64,000 nt of DNA, taken from NCBI GenBank assembly GCA_963732695.1, contig CAVTAP010000017.1, positions 387,460 through 451,459 of the forward strand, written 5' to 3'. This stretch comes from an uncultured Actinomycetota bacterium (lineage in GTDB: Bacteria > Actinomycetota > Acidimicrobiia > Acidimicrobiales > SZUA-35). The position numbers were made by a program, and so were the translations under genes. Under the pieces are notes generated by a model. The model was not told the DNA's origin. It saw nothing but the letters and a program-made list of their open reading frames with translations, and searched no databases. Below are positions 56,610 through 64,000 of the stretch, piece by piece. Every line of letters starts with the position of its first letter. Position 1 is the first letter of the stretch.

Positions 56610-57907
56610 CAGACCGGTTGCTCCCGGCGTGCTCGTGCTCGTCGGCGCCGCCCGGGCGCCGGAGCGGGCAGCAGTTCGGCCGCCAGCTCCTTCATCGCTT
56701 TGGTGAACCGGCCCCGGGACGGCACCCGGGCCTCCCAACAGGCCCGTTCCACCTCGGGCCCGAGAGGGGCGAACATCACACCCGAGACCAGCTCGCTGCC
56801 GGCCTCCCGGGAGATCGTCTCCACCAGATCGGCCCGCTGGGTGGCGCTGCGGGGCCGGCCGGCGAACACGATCCACACCGGCGCGCCGTTGCGCAGCCGG
56901 CGGGCCTCGATCAGCCAGTCGAGCGCCAGCAGCACGCCGGTGGGCGTGGGGTCGCACACCCCGATCACCCGGTCGCCGATGGCCACCGCCCCCTGGGACG
57001 CCCCGTAGCGGTCGATGCCCTGGGGCATCGAGCCCAGCCGGGGACCCGACACGGCCACCACGTGGTTCCACTGCTCGGCCGCCCGGCGGATCAGGTCGGT
57101 GCAGCGGTCCCGCCCCAGGAGCGACCAGTCGTCGGGGTTGGCGATGCCGGCCATCACGTGCATCGGAGCGAAGCCGCTGGCCCCCTGGGCCGGTTCGGTG
57201 ATCGCCGCGCTCAGATCTCCGTCGCCGTAGTAGAGGCGCTCCATGGCGTCGAGCACGGTGGGCTCCAGCCGATAGCCCAGCCGGGCCGAGAGGATCGGCG
57301 TGGTCTCGTCGACGTCGATCAGCAGGGTGGTGCCCCGCTCGGTGGCCAGCTCGGCCGCCAGGCCCACCGCCACCTCCACCGCGCTGAGCGAGGCCGGGCC
57401 GCCCACGGTGATGATGGCCCCCCGCTCGGTGGGAATCTCGGCCCCGTTGACCCGGGCCATGGCCGACACCGCCGGCGACGGGGCCAGGGTGGCGGTCAGA
57501 TCGACCTCGACGTCCTCCTCGAGATCCTTGGTGACCTCCTGGATGAGCTGCACCAGCTGGCTGGCCATGAGCTCGGCCGAGGCCACGTCGGCGATGCCGA
57601 GGCGGTTCAGGTGGGCCTGGCCCTGCCCCTGATGCTCGCTCGGGTCGTAGATCCCGATGATCTGGACGCCGGCCTCCCGCAGCTGGCGGAGGCTCTCCCG
57701 GTTGAGGAAGGTGGAGGAGTCGTCGATGATCACCACGTCGATCGAGTCGTCGATGGCCCGGGGGTCGCGCAACACCCGCACCCGGAGCCCGGTGATGTGG
57801 TCCTGCACGTAGCGGGCGAACTCGGTGCGCCAGGCCCGGTGGCTGGCCACCAGCCCAACCGTGCGCACCTCGGACGAGGGCTGGTGGAGCTGGGTGGGAT
57901 CAACCAT
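56609..57907 (-). CDS. tadZ: TadZ/CpaE (Ssd-like) protein: receiver-like N-domain plus degenerate ParA/MinD-type ATPase domain
   Basis: ATG at 57907. N-terminal VVIIDDSS...QIIGIY is receiver-like. In place of the deviant Walker A KGGxGKT it has ITVGGPASLSAVEVAVGLA. Position between cpaB and tadA. Confidence 0.6.
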   Translation of the reverse strand: MVDPTQLHQPSSEVRTVGLVASHRAWRTEFARYVQDHITGLRVRVLRDPRAIDDSIDVVIIDDSSTFLNRESLRQLREAGVQIIGIYDPSEHQGQGQAHLNRLGIADVASAELMASQLVQLIQEVTKDLEEDVEVDLTATLAPSPAVSAMARVNGAEIPTERGAIITVGGPASLSAVEVAVGLAAELATERGTTLLIDVDETTPILSARLGYRLEPTVLDAMERLYYGDGDLSAAITEPAQGASGFAPMHVMAGIANPDDWSLLGRDRCTDLIRRAAEQWNHVVAVSGPRLGSMPQGIDRYGASQGAVAIGDRVIGVCDPTPTGVLLALDWLIEARRLRNGAPVWIVFAGRPRSATQRADLVETISREAGSELVSGVMFAPLGPEVERACWEARVPSRGRFTKAMKELAAELLPAPAPGRRRRARARREQPV

Positions 57908-58742
57908 TGCTCGACGGATCCGTACCTGGGGTCGTCGAACGGTCCGAAGAGGGCACCGAGGATGGGGTGGGGCCCGCATCGGCCGGCGAGGAGGTGGAAC
58001 CGCCCGTGGCGGCGGCCGGGCCGGGGGCCACCACCCGCTGGTCGAGCGGCACCGGCTCGGCGCCGGTGGAGCGGAGGATCGACACCTCGCCGGTCTGCTG
58101 GGCCAGGGCGATCGAGAGCGCCCTCTCGCCGTCCACCGCCACCGTGACGTAGTAGTCGGTGAGGGCCGACGATCCGAGAGCGCCCGTGCCCTGCTGGTTC
58201 TGGGTCTTCAGCACCTCGAGGTCGACCGCAACGTAGGTGGCGGACGACCCGGTGACCGAGATCACGTCGACCCGGTCTCCGGGGGCGAGCTCGCCGCCCA
58301 CGGCCCGCGCCCGCTCGATCGGGATGCTCATGGCCCGCAGGCCGTCGTTGTCGGTGCGGGGGGCGATGGCGGTGAGTGTGACCGGATCGCCGGCCTCGAT
58401 CCGCTGGCCGGCGATGGCTCCACCCCCGGCCAGGTCACCCAGGCCGGCCATGGCGGTGGCGAGGTCGCTGCCGGCCGGCATCGGCACCTGGCGCACCAGG
58501 TCGGGGGTGATGGCCGCCCCGGGCAGGATGTCGGTACGGGCCACCAGCACCTGGGTGGTCTTCGACCGGTCCTGGAGCACCGATACGACCAGGACGAACG
58601 CCAGCAGCGCAGCGGCGATCATGAAGAGGTGGCCGAGCGAGATCCGCTCCCGGGCCTTGCGGCGGCGGGGCGCCACCGGCCTCGGACGGGGCCGCGACGA
58701 ATCTGACGAGGTCTCCTGTTCGGCTGTCAGAGAACTCGTCAT
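57900..58742 (-). CDS. cpaB: CpaB/RcpC-family Flp pilus assembly protein (SAF domain)
   Basis: TM helix LFMIAAALLAFVLVVSVL, then VLVARTDILPGAAITPDLV (SAF-like). Ser/Thr/Pro-rich C-terminal tail. First gene of the operon. Confidence 0.7.
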   Translation of the reverse strand: MTSSLTAEQETSSDSSRPRPRPVAPRRRKARERISLGHLFMIAAALLAFVLVVSVLQDRSKTTQVLVARTDILPGAAITPDLVRQVPMPAGSDLATAMAGLGDLAGGGAIAGQRIEAGDPVTLTAIAPRTDNDGLRAMSIPIERARAVGGELAPGDRVDVISVTGSSATYVAVDLEVLKTQNQQGTGALGSSALTDYYVTVAVDGERALSIALAQQTGEVSILRSTGAEPVPLDQRVVAPGPAAATGGSTSSPADAGPTPSSVPSSDRSTTPGTDPSSNG

Positions 58743-58855
58743 AGGACGCCACCATTCTTCCCCATGGATAACCTCGCCTGCCCGCGCGCCACCAAGGAGA
58801 CCAGGAGCGAAAGATAACGAGTATTCACTCCAGTCGCAAGTACACCGCTAGTAAG

Positions 58856-58872
58856 AATGCCCACCGGGCATT
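58856..58872. promoter_or_regulatory. Palindrome AATGCCC-ACC-GGGCATT in the AT-richer cpaB / HTH divergent region
   Basis: Perfect 7-bp arms read directly. Lies between the Tad operon start (58742) and the HTH gene (58939). Confidence 0.4.
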
Positions 58873-58938
58873 ACTGGGCACAGTCCAGCTCTGGCGTAGT
58901 ATCGTCGGGCTTCAATCCGCCGGCGGCCGGGCACGTTC

Positions 58939-59220
58939 TTGGCCGTTTCATCATCCGTTTCGACGACCAGGATTGAACAGACCGTGACCTACACATCTGC
59001 GACCGGCGACCTTCCCGAGCTGATCACGGTGGCCGACGTGGCCAACTATCTCAACCTCACACCGCAGACCGTTATCTCGTTCATCAAGCGGGGTGAGCTG
59101 GTGGCCACCAAGCCCCCCGGCATGCGCGGCTACCGCATCCCCCGCCAGGCGTTCGAGGACTACCTGGCGGCCGGCTACCAGGCGGTCCAGCGTGAGGTGG
59201 CGACCTCGGTAGAGGTCTGA
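58939..59220 (+). CDS. Excisionase-family helix-turn-helix DNA-binding protein
   Basis: LITVADVANYLNLTPQTVISFIKRGELVATKPPGMRGYRIPRQAFEDYL is the Xis-type HTH_17 pattern. The start is uncertain (TTG 58939 or GTG ~58984). Confidence 0.7.
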   Translation: MAVSSSVSTTRIEQTVTYTSATGDLPELITVADVANYLNLTPQTVISFIKRGELVATKPPGMRGYRIPRQAFEDYLAAGYQAVQREVATSVEV

Positions 59221-59862
59221 TCAGCGGGGCCGCAGGCCCGGTTCGCCGCCCGGAGCCCGGCGGCGATGCTCAGCGGTGATCCGGGTGACGGTGCCGATGG
59301 CGTCGAGCGGCACCACCGAGGGCTGACCCGTGGTGTCGACCAGCACCAGGTGGTCCACGTTCACCGAATCGATCGTGCCCCGCAGGGCCCAGGTGCCGCG
59401 TTCCGAGGCCAGCTCAACCATCTCCACCTGCTCCAGGTCGAGCAGACGGGCCCGGAGGGTGGCGGGCCGTAACGTGGCCGGGGCCCGCCCGGTCCCCGGT
59501 TCCACCGCCACCACCCTGATCAGCTCCACCGCCCGGTGGGCGATGTCGTGACGGTTCCCGGCCCGGTCGGCCAGGGCGGTGAAGTCGAGCCCGACGTGCA
59601 CCACCTGGCCCTCCACCACCCGGGCGCCGGCCGACAGCTGCCACCGCTCGCCTTCCATCATGGCCCGGAGCGACCGGGCGGCCAGATCCTCGCGCTTCAG
59701 CTCGGCCCGCTCGGTCTCCCATTCGACCTCGGCCAGCTCCTCCTCGGCCGTCTGGCGCACCCGGCGGGCCATGGCCCAGAAGTCGGCGTCGGACCAGCCC
59801 GACACGTCGGGCGCCCAGTCGGGGTCGGGCTCCCGCCCGCGGCCGGGACGGGGCTCGGTCAT
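59221..59862 (-). CDS. Hypothetical protein
   Basis: ORF 59221..59892 with ATG at 59862 (MTEPRPG). Acidic coiled-coil-like N-terminal region, then a beta-rich C-terminus. No family recognised. Confidence 0.45.
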   Translation of the reverse strand: MTEPRPGRGREPDPDWAPDVSGWSDADFWAMARRVRQTAEEELAEVEWETERAELKREDLAARSLRAMMEGERWQLSAGARVVEGQVVHVGLDFTALADRAGNRHDIAHRAVELIRVVAVEPGTGRAPATLRPATLRARLLDLEQVEMVELASERGTWALRGTIDSVNVDHLVLVDTTGQPSVVPLDAIGTVTRITAEHRRRAPGGEPGLRPR

Positions 59863-59892
59863 GGCGCCAGGCCTGGGGTCATGGCACAACAC

Positions 59893-60690
59893 CTACCACA
59901 GCCCGGCCAGCCAGGGCCGGCCCGGCCCGCCCACGCCGGCCACCGCCACCAGCGCCGCCATCTCCGCCAGCTGTTCCACGGCCCCGGCGACGTCGCCGGT
60001 CAGGCCCCCGATCTTACGCCGGGCCAAGGCCACCATGGCCACTGTGGTGGCGGCCCCGGCCGCCAGGGCGGCCCCGACGGGGCCCGGGCCGGCCACCAGG
60101 AGGGCCACCGCAGCCCAGGCCGCCAGGGCCACGGCCAGGCCGGACCTCCGGCCCAGGGCCGCCGCCGTACGGCCGAGGCCGTCGCCCCGGGCCGGTGGGG
60201 TGGTGACGAGGGCGGCCACGGCCCACCCTCGGGCCAGGAGATGGACCGCGGGGGCGACGAGCACCACCGTCCAGGCCGTGGCCGGGTGTACCCGGTCCCC
60301 GGCCAGGTGGGCCAGGGCGGCGACCCGGACGGTCACGCTGGCCACGATGGCCAGGACCCCGAAGGTGCCCTGCCGAGGGTCGTCCATGATCACCAGCCGC
60401 TGCTCGGGCGACCAGCCACCCCCGAACCCGTCGGCCGTGTCGGCCAGCCCGTCCTCGTGGAGCCCGCCGGTGAGCAGGGCACCCACGGCCACGGCCACGG
60501 CGGCTCCGGTGAGCGGGTCGACGGCGGCGGCGCCGATGGCCGCCAGCGCCCCCACCACGGCGCCCACCAGCAGGCCGACGGCCGGGAACCAGGGCAGGGT
60601 GCTGGGCAGGGTCACCCCGTGGGCCCGCTCCCCCACCGGGAGCCGGGTGAGGAACCCGATCGCCCCGGCCAGGTGGCGCAGGCCGCTCAG
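59893..60690 (-). CDS. cobS: Adenosylcobinamide-GDP ribazoletransferase (cobalamin synthase)
   Basis: FLTRLPV, GGLHEDGLADTADG and GGLTGD motifs. No in-frame ATG/GTG/TTG lies near the conserved N-terminus. CTG at 60690 follows GGAGGAGGGG and overlaps the cobU stop (CTGA). The start is therefore uncertain. Confidence 0.75.
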   Translation of the reverse strand: MSGLRHLAGAIGFLTRLPVGERAHGVTLPSTLPWFPAVGLLVGAVVGALAAIGAAAVDPLTGAAVAVAVGALLTGGLHEDGLADTADGFGGGWSPEQRLVIMDDPRQGTFGVLAIVASVTVRVAALAHLAGDRVHPATAWTVVLVAPAVHLLARGWAVAALVTTPPARGDGLGRTAAALGRRSGLAVALAAWAAVALLVAGPGPVGAALAAGAATTVAMVALARRKIGGLTGDVAGAVEQLAEMAALVAVAGVGGPGRPWLAGLW

Positions 60691-61316
60691 CGCCGCCCCT
60701 CCTCCGGGCGGAGCAGGTCGGGGCTGAGCGAGGAGGACCCGAGCAGGTCGGGGCCGAGCAGGGCGGCCGGATCGGCCAGGGGCAGGGCCCGGCCCGCCAC
60801 CACCAGCAGGGCCCGGCCGGAGGCTGCCACCGCAACCTGGTTCACCCGACCCAGCAGATCCTGGTACCGGCGCCCCAGCTCGGTGGGCGGGTGGACGCCG
60901 AGGCCCACCTCGTTCGTGACCACCAGCGAGAAGCCCGGCCGTTCGGCCAGGGCGGCGGCCACGGCCCGGGCCGATGTCTCCACCTCGGCGTCGGTCCGGT
61001 CGGCGAACACCAGGTTGGCCACCCACAGGGTGAGGCAGTCGACGATCACCGTGTGGGACGGGTCGATCCCGGCCAGAGCGGGGGCCAGCTCGGTCGGGGC
61101 CTCCACCAGGCCCCACCCGGCCGGCCGGTCGGCCTGGTGGCGGGCGATCCGGGCCTCCATATCGGCGTCGCCGGCGGTGGCGGTGGCCACGAACGTCACG
61201 GCGGCCCTGGTGCGGCCGGCCACCTCGTCGGCCAGCCGTTGGGCCAGCGCGCTCTTGCCGCTGCGGGCCCCACCCACCAGCACCACCAGGCGGTTCGGGC
61301 TCCCGCCGCTCAACAC
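60687..61316 (-). CDS. cobU: Bifunctional adenosylcobinamide kinase / adenosylcobinamide-phosphate guanylyltransferase
   Basis: GTG at 61316. P-loop LVGGARSGKS, RIARHQADRP, VIVDCLTLW, VTNEVGLGV. Confidence 0.85.
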   Translation of the reverse strand: MLSGGSPNRLVVLVGGARSGKSALAQRLADEVAGRTRAAVTFVATATAGDADMEARIARHQADRPAGWGLVEAPTELAPALAGIDPSHTVIVDCLTLWVANLVFADRTDAEVETSARAVAAALAERPGFSLVVTNEVGLGVHPPTELGRRYQDLLGRVNQVAVAASGRALLVVAGRALPLADPAALLGPDLLGSSSLSPDLLRPEEGRR

Positions 61317-62275
61317 GGGGTGAGGGGGCGGGCCGGGGTGGTCCGGTAGGAGGTGAAGGTGGTGTCGACCACGGTCTTGCCCGACGGGTTCAGCACCGAC
61401 AGCAGGCCCCGCCGGGGGCCGAGCGCCGCCGTCACCGTGTAGGCGAAGCCGTTGTTGGATGCCCGGTAGACGTCGGAACCGGCGGCGCAGGCAACGATCG
61501 TGATGCCGTCGCCGCTCTCCCGGGAGGCGCCCTGGTACTCGACGGCACCGCTGGCGTCGGCGCAGATGGCCACGTCGAACTTGTCCACGCCATGGCCCCC
61601 CGCCAGCAGAGTGAACCCGGGGCTGCAGACGGCCCGTCCCACCCCGCCGGGGGCGCCGGTGTCGGAGGGAGCCACGATCACGAAGTCGGTCACCCCGCCG
61701 CCGGCCCAGTGGACCACCACGGTGGCCCGGAGGTGGCCCGCGCCGTCGAACACCTCGATGTCGCACACGGGGGCCGCCCCGTCGACTCCGTCGTCGCAGG
61801 CCGGCCCACCGGCGGCGCCGGGGTGGGCGGTGGTGGAGGCCCGCACGTCGGGCTTGCCCTCCTCCACCAGGCCCGACAGGTCGGCCAGGCGGGCGGTGAG
61901 GGCGGCCGGGGTGTACGGAGCGCCGAGGGTGGGGTCGTCAACCGGCGTCGAAGCCAGGTAGCCCGACGCGTCGTTGCCGGCGAGGGCGGTGGAGACGAAC
62001 TCGATCGAGGCCACCTCGGCGTTCGACGACGGGGCCGGGCCGGCCGTTCCGCCCGGGCCGGCGCCGTCGACGGTCAGGCCGCCGGTCGATCCCGATCCGC
62101 CGGCAACCGCCGAGGGTACGGGTCCGGATGGCGGGGGGGCCGAGGACGGAGGGGTGGTGGACGGGCTGGCGCCGCCCCCCGAAGCGCAGGCGCCCCCCGT
62201 TGCCGCCACCACCAGCACGAGGAGGAGGCGGACCGCGGCCCGGGGTCCGGGACGGGAGCGGAACGATGGCACCAT
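61310..62275 (-). CDS. Putative lipoprotein, unknown
   Basis: ATG at 62275. LLLVLVVAATGGACAS lipobox and a Ser/Pro/Gly linker. Overlaps the cobU start by 7 nt. Confidence 0.5.
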   Translation of the reverse strand: MVPSFRSRPGPRAAVRLLLVLVVAATGGACASGGGASPSTTPPSSAPPPSGPVPSAVAGGSGSTGGLTVDGAGPGGTAGPAPSSNAEVASIEFVSTALAGNDASGYLASTPVDDPTLGAPYTPAALTARLADLSGLVEEGKPDVRASTTAHPGAAGGPACDDGVDGAAPVCDIEVFDGAGHLRATVVVHWAGGGVTDFVIVAPSDTGAPGGVGRAVCSPGFTLLAGGHGVDKFDVAICADASGAVEYQGASRESGDGITIVACAAGSDVYRASNNGFAYTVTAALGPRRGLLSVLNPSGKTVVDTTFTSYRTTPARPLTPC

Positions 62276-62394
62276 GCGCCGGTCACGGTAGCCGGGGTGG
62301 GACCCGGGGCGGACCTCGGCCGCCGTGCCCCGCCCAACCAGTGGTCCCGACAGCACGGTGGGCCGACCGGCCCTCCGTCCCTACGCTGACCGAG

Positions 62395-63339
62395 GTGCTG
62401 TCCCGACGTGCTGCGGCCTGGTTGACTGGAGGGGTGGTGATGGCTGGGATCGTGGCTGCGGCGGCAGCGGGGGCGCTGAACGGAGGCGCCGACGATCCCA
62501 ACGGCCCTGTCCCCGGCGCCGGCCATCCCGATCTGCCGGCCGAGAGCCCGGCCGCCACGGCCGCGGCGTCGTCGGCGTCGGCGCCCGGAGGGACCGGCCG
62601 CCCGGCCGTCGGCTCGATTCCCCTGGGAGGGGCCCGGGCCACGAACCCGGGGTTCCTGCCCCGGGACTGCGTCGCCGGCGACGGCGGCGCCGTGTTCCGC
62701 CTGGTGTCGCTCGACGACTTCGACGGCGCAGCGGTCGACACCGACGCCTGGTACCTCTACGACAGCGAGGGCAACGCCGGCTACGGGCTGCGCCGGCCGG
62801 CGGCCATCACCACCGCCAACAGCTCGCTGGTGATAACGGCCCGGATGGAGGGCGACACGCTGGTCTCGGGGGGGATGGCCCACAACCTGGCCCAGACCTA
62901 CGGCCGCTGGGAGTTCCGGGTCCGCACCGACGCCGACCCCAGCGCCGCCACCAGCGGGGTGGTGCTCACGTGGCCGGCGTCGGGCAACTGGCCGATCGAC
63001 GGCGAGAACGACATCTACGAGACCGAGACGTCGCCCACCCGGTTCCCGTTCTCCACCTTCATCCACTTCGGGGCGGACAACGACCAGGAGCACCTGGCGC
63101 ACGCGGCCGACGCCACCCAGTGGCATGAGATGGCCATGGAGTGGACTCCCGACGCCATCGTCATCTTCCGCGACGGGCAGCGGGCGGGGCGGATCACCAA
63201 CCCCGACGCCATCCCCCACGTCCCCCACCACCTGACCGTCCAGCTCGACGCCTGGGCCGACCGCATGGGTGATCCCGTGTCCATGGAGGTCGACTGGGTG
63301 CGTGTCTACCGCTACGACGGCGGAGGTGGGGGCTGTTGA
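62395..63339 (+). CDS. Glycoside hydrolase family 16-like protein (copy 2)
   Basis: GTG at 62395 gives a Tat/Sec-like SRRAAAWLTGGVVMAGIVAAAAAGA (ATG 62440 is the alternative). GRWEFRVRT and the catalytic string DGENDIYE (ExDxxE). Confidence 0.75.
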   Translation: MLSRRAAAWLTGGVVMAGIVAAAAAGALNGGADDPNGPVPGAGHPDLPAESPAATAAASSASAPGGTGRPAVGSIPLGGARATNPGFLPRDCVAGDGGAVFRLVSLDDFDGAAVDTDAWYLYDSEGNAGYGLRRPAAITTANSSLVITARMEGDTLVSGGMAHNLAQTYGRWEFRVRTDADPSAATSGVVLTWPASGNWPIDGENDIYETETSPTRFPFSTFIHFGADNDQEHLAHAADATQWHEMAMEWTPDAIVIFRDGQRAGRITNPDAIPHVPHHLTVQLDAWADRMGDPVSMEVDWVRVYRYDGGGGGC

Positions 63340-64000
63340 GGACTCGGGGGCCGAACCCCACCCACTACGAGCTGTTCGGGGTGGAGCCGGGCTGCAGCCT
63401 GCACGAGCTCCGCTCCGCCTACCGCCGCCTCGCCCTCCGCTACCACCCCGACGTGGTGGCCCAGGGCGGTCTGGGGCCGGCCGAGCTGGCCATGGCCCAG
63501 GCCAGCATGGCCCGCATCAACGAGGCGTGGCGGGTGCTGTCGGACGCCGGGTTGCGGGCCACCTACGACGAGCAGGTGGTGGGTCCCGGCCCGTTGCACG
63601 TGGCCCGGGAGCCGGTGGTGACGCCCCAGCCCTCCCCCCAGACCCGCCTGTCCCGCCGGCGGGCGTGGGCCATCGGGGTGCAGGGCCAGATCGCCCGCAT
63701 CGCCCGCCTGGCCGGGCGCTCCGCCACCCAGGCCCTGTTGATCCGCCAGCCCCGGGGCTCCCGAGCCGACTACGAGGTGCTGGTGGAAGTGCTGGTGAAG
63801 GGCCTGATCGAGGACACCGAGAGCCGGGTGCGGGCGGCCCGGGCCGCCGGCGCCGCCCCCCTCGACCTGGGCGTGACCGCCACTCTCGTTGGCATCCGGA
63901 CCCTGGCCGATCGGCTGCGGCGGGAGGCGTCGCTGGGGGTGACGCTGGAAGCGGTGATGTCGGCCGAACTGCTCGACCGGATGTGGGACATTCTGGCCCA
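63336..64000 (+). CDS. J-domain (DnaJ-like) protein, 3'-truncated by the window end
   Basis: Not in the ORF track because no stop is reached. TTG at 63336 after GGAGGTGGGGG, overlapping the GH16 stop (TTGA). Translates to YELFGVEPGCSLHELRSAYRRLALRYHPDV...INEAWRVLSDAGLRATYDEQ with an HPD motif. The frame stays open to 64000. Confidence 0.75.
   Translation, partial: MRTRGPNPTHYELFGVEPGCSLHELRSAYRRLALRYHPDVVAQGGLGPAELAMAQASMARINEAWRVLSDAGLRATYDEQVVGPGPLHVAREPVVTPQPSPQTRLSRRRAWAIGVQGQIARIARLAGRSATQALLIRQPRGSRADYEVLVEVLVKGLIEDTESRVRAARAAGAAPLDLGVTATLVGIRTLADRLRREASLGVTLEAVMSAELLDRMWDILA

Noticed and set aside
60691-61116. N-terminal 142-aa extension of the cobS ORF
   Set aside because: It overlaps cobU almost completely and is Gly/Pro/Arg junk. 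CobS homology starts at ...LSGLRHLAGAIGFLTRLP.
62276-62394. Possible cobalamin riboswitch upstream of the lipoprotein-cobU-cobS operon (minus strand contains AGGGAC..., GCCCACCGTGCTGT, CCACTGG, GAGGTCCGCC)
   Set aside because: There are only loose resemblances to the B12-element core. The GGUG..AAUCC segment and a proper B12 box (AGCCAGGAGACCUGCC-like) are absent, and the space (~120 nt) is short. An Infernal scan with RF00174 would settle it. I do not call it.

Overview
High-GC (about 70% by eye) chromosomal segment that looks Actinomycetota-like (monoderm). It is densely coding, and many long antisense or alternate-frame ORFs are GC artefacts. I found no rRNA, tRNA, CRISPR array, transposase or integrase.

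Gene content by region:
- 1-37 kb, housekeeping and accessory genes: a sigma-r2-like membrane protein, 5'-nucleotidase, zincin-like peptidase, EthD-like protein, a frameshifted membrane protein, membrane protein plus GntR regulator, inositol-3-phosphate synthase with a divergent LysR regulator, RsmB/NOP2-type methyltransferase, IPT/TIG surface protein, acyl-CoA dehydrogenase, SnoaL-like protein and YiiX-like amidase. These are followed by a 1696-aa PQQ-dehydrogenase/PKD/Ig-repeat surface protein, MerR plus DUF4188, fused GlyQS glycyl-tRNA synthetase behind a heterodimeric ABC exporter pair, an HSL-type esterase, a luciferase-like monooxygenase, a beta-helix/CBM protein, an FAD-linked oxidase and GH16 copy 1.
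- 37-59 kb, the most interesting region: a contiguous locus that joins a monoderm-type Tad (type IVc) pilus operon to a minimal VirB4/VirD4 type-IV-secretion-like module. The Tad operon holds cpaB, tadZ, tadA, tadB, tadC, an flp-like pilin, three TadE/G pseudopilins and unknown secreted proteins. The T4SS-like module holds a small 2-TM protein, a VirB6-like protein, a split VirB3/B4, a coupling protein, an SLT+M15 wall hydrolase, a prepilin peptidase and a LysM protein. Two Xis-type HTH genes are present, but no relaxase or integrase is in view.
- 59-64 kb: a hypothetical protein, cobS, cobU, a lipoprotein, GH16 copy 2 and a partial J-domain protein.

Several operator-like palindromes, tandem hairpin repeats, AT-rich leaders and terminator hairpins are also listed.
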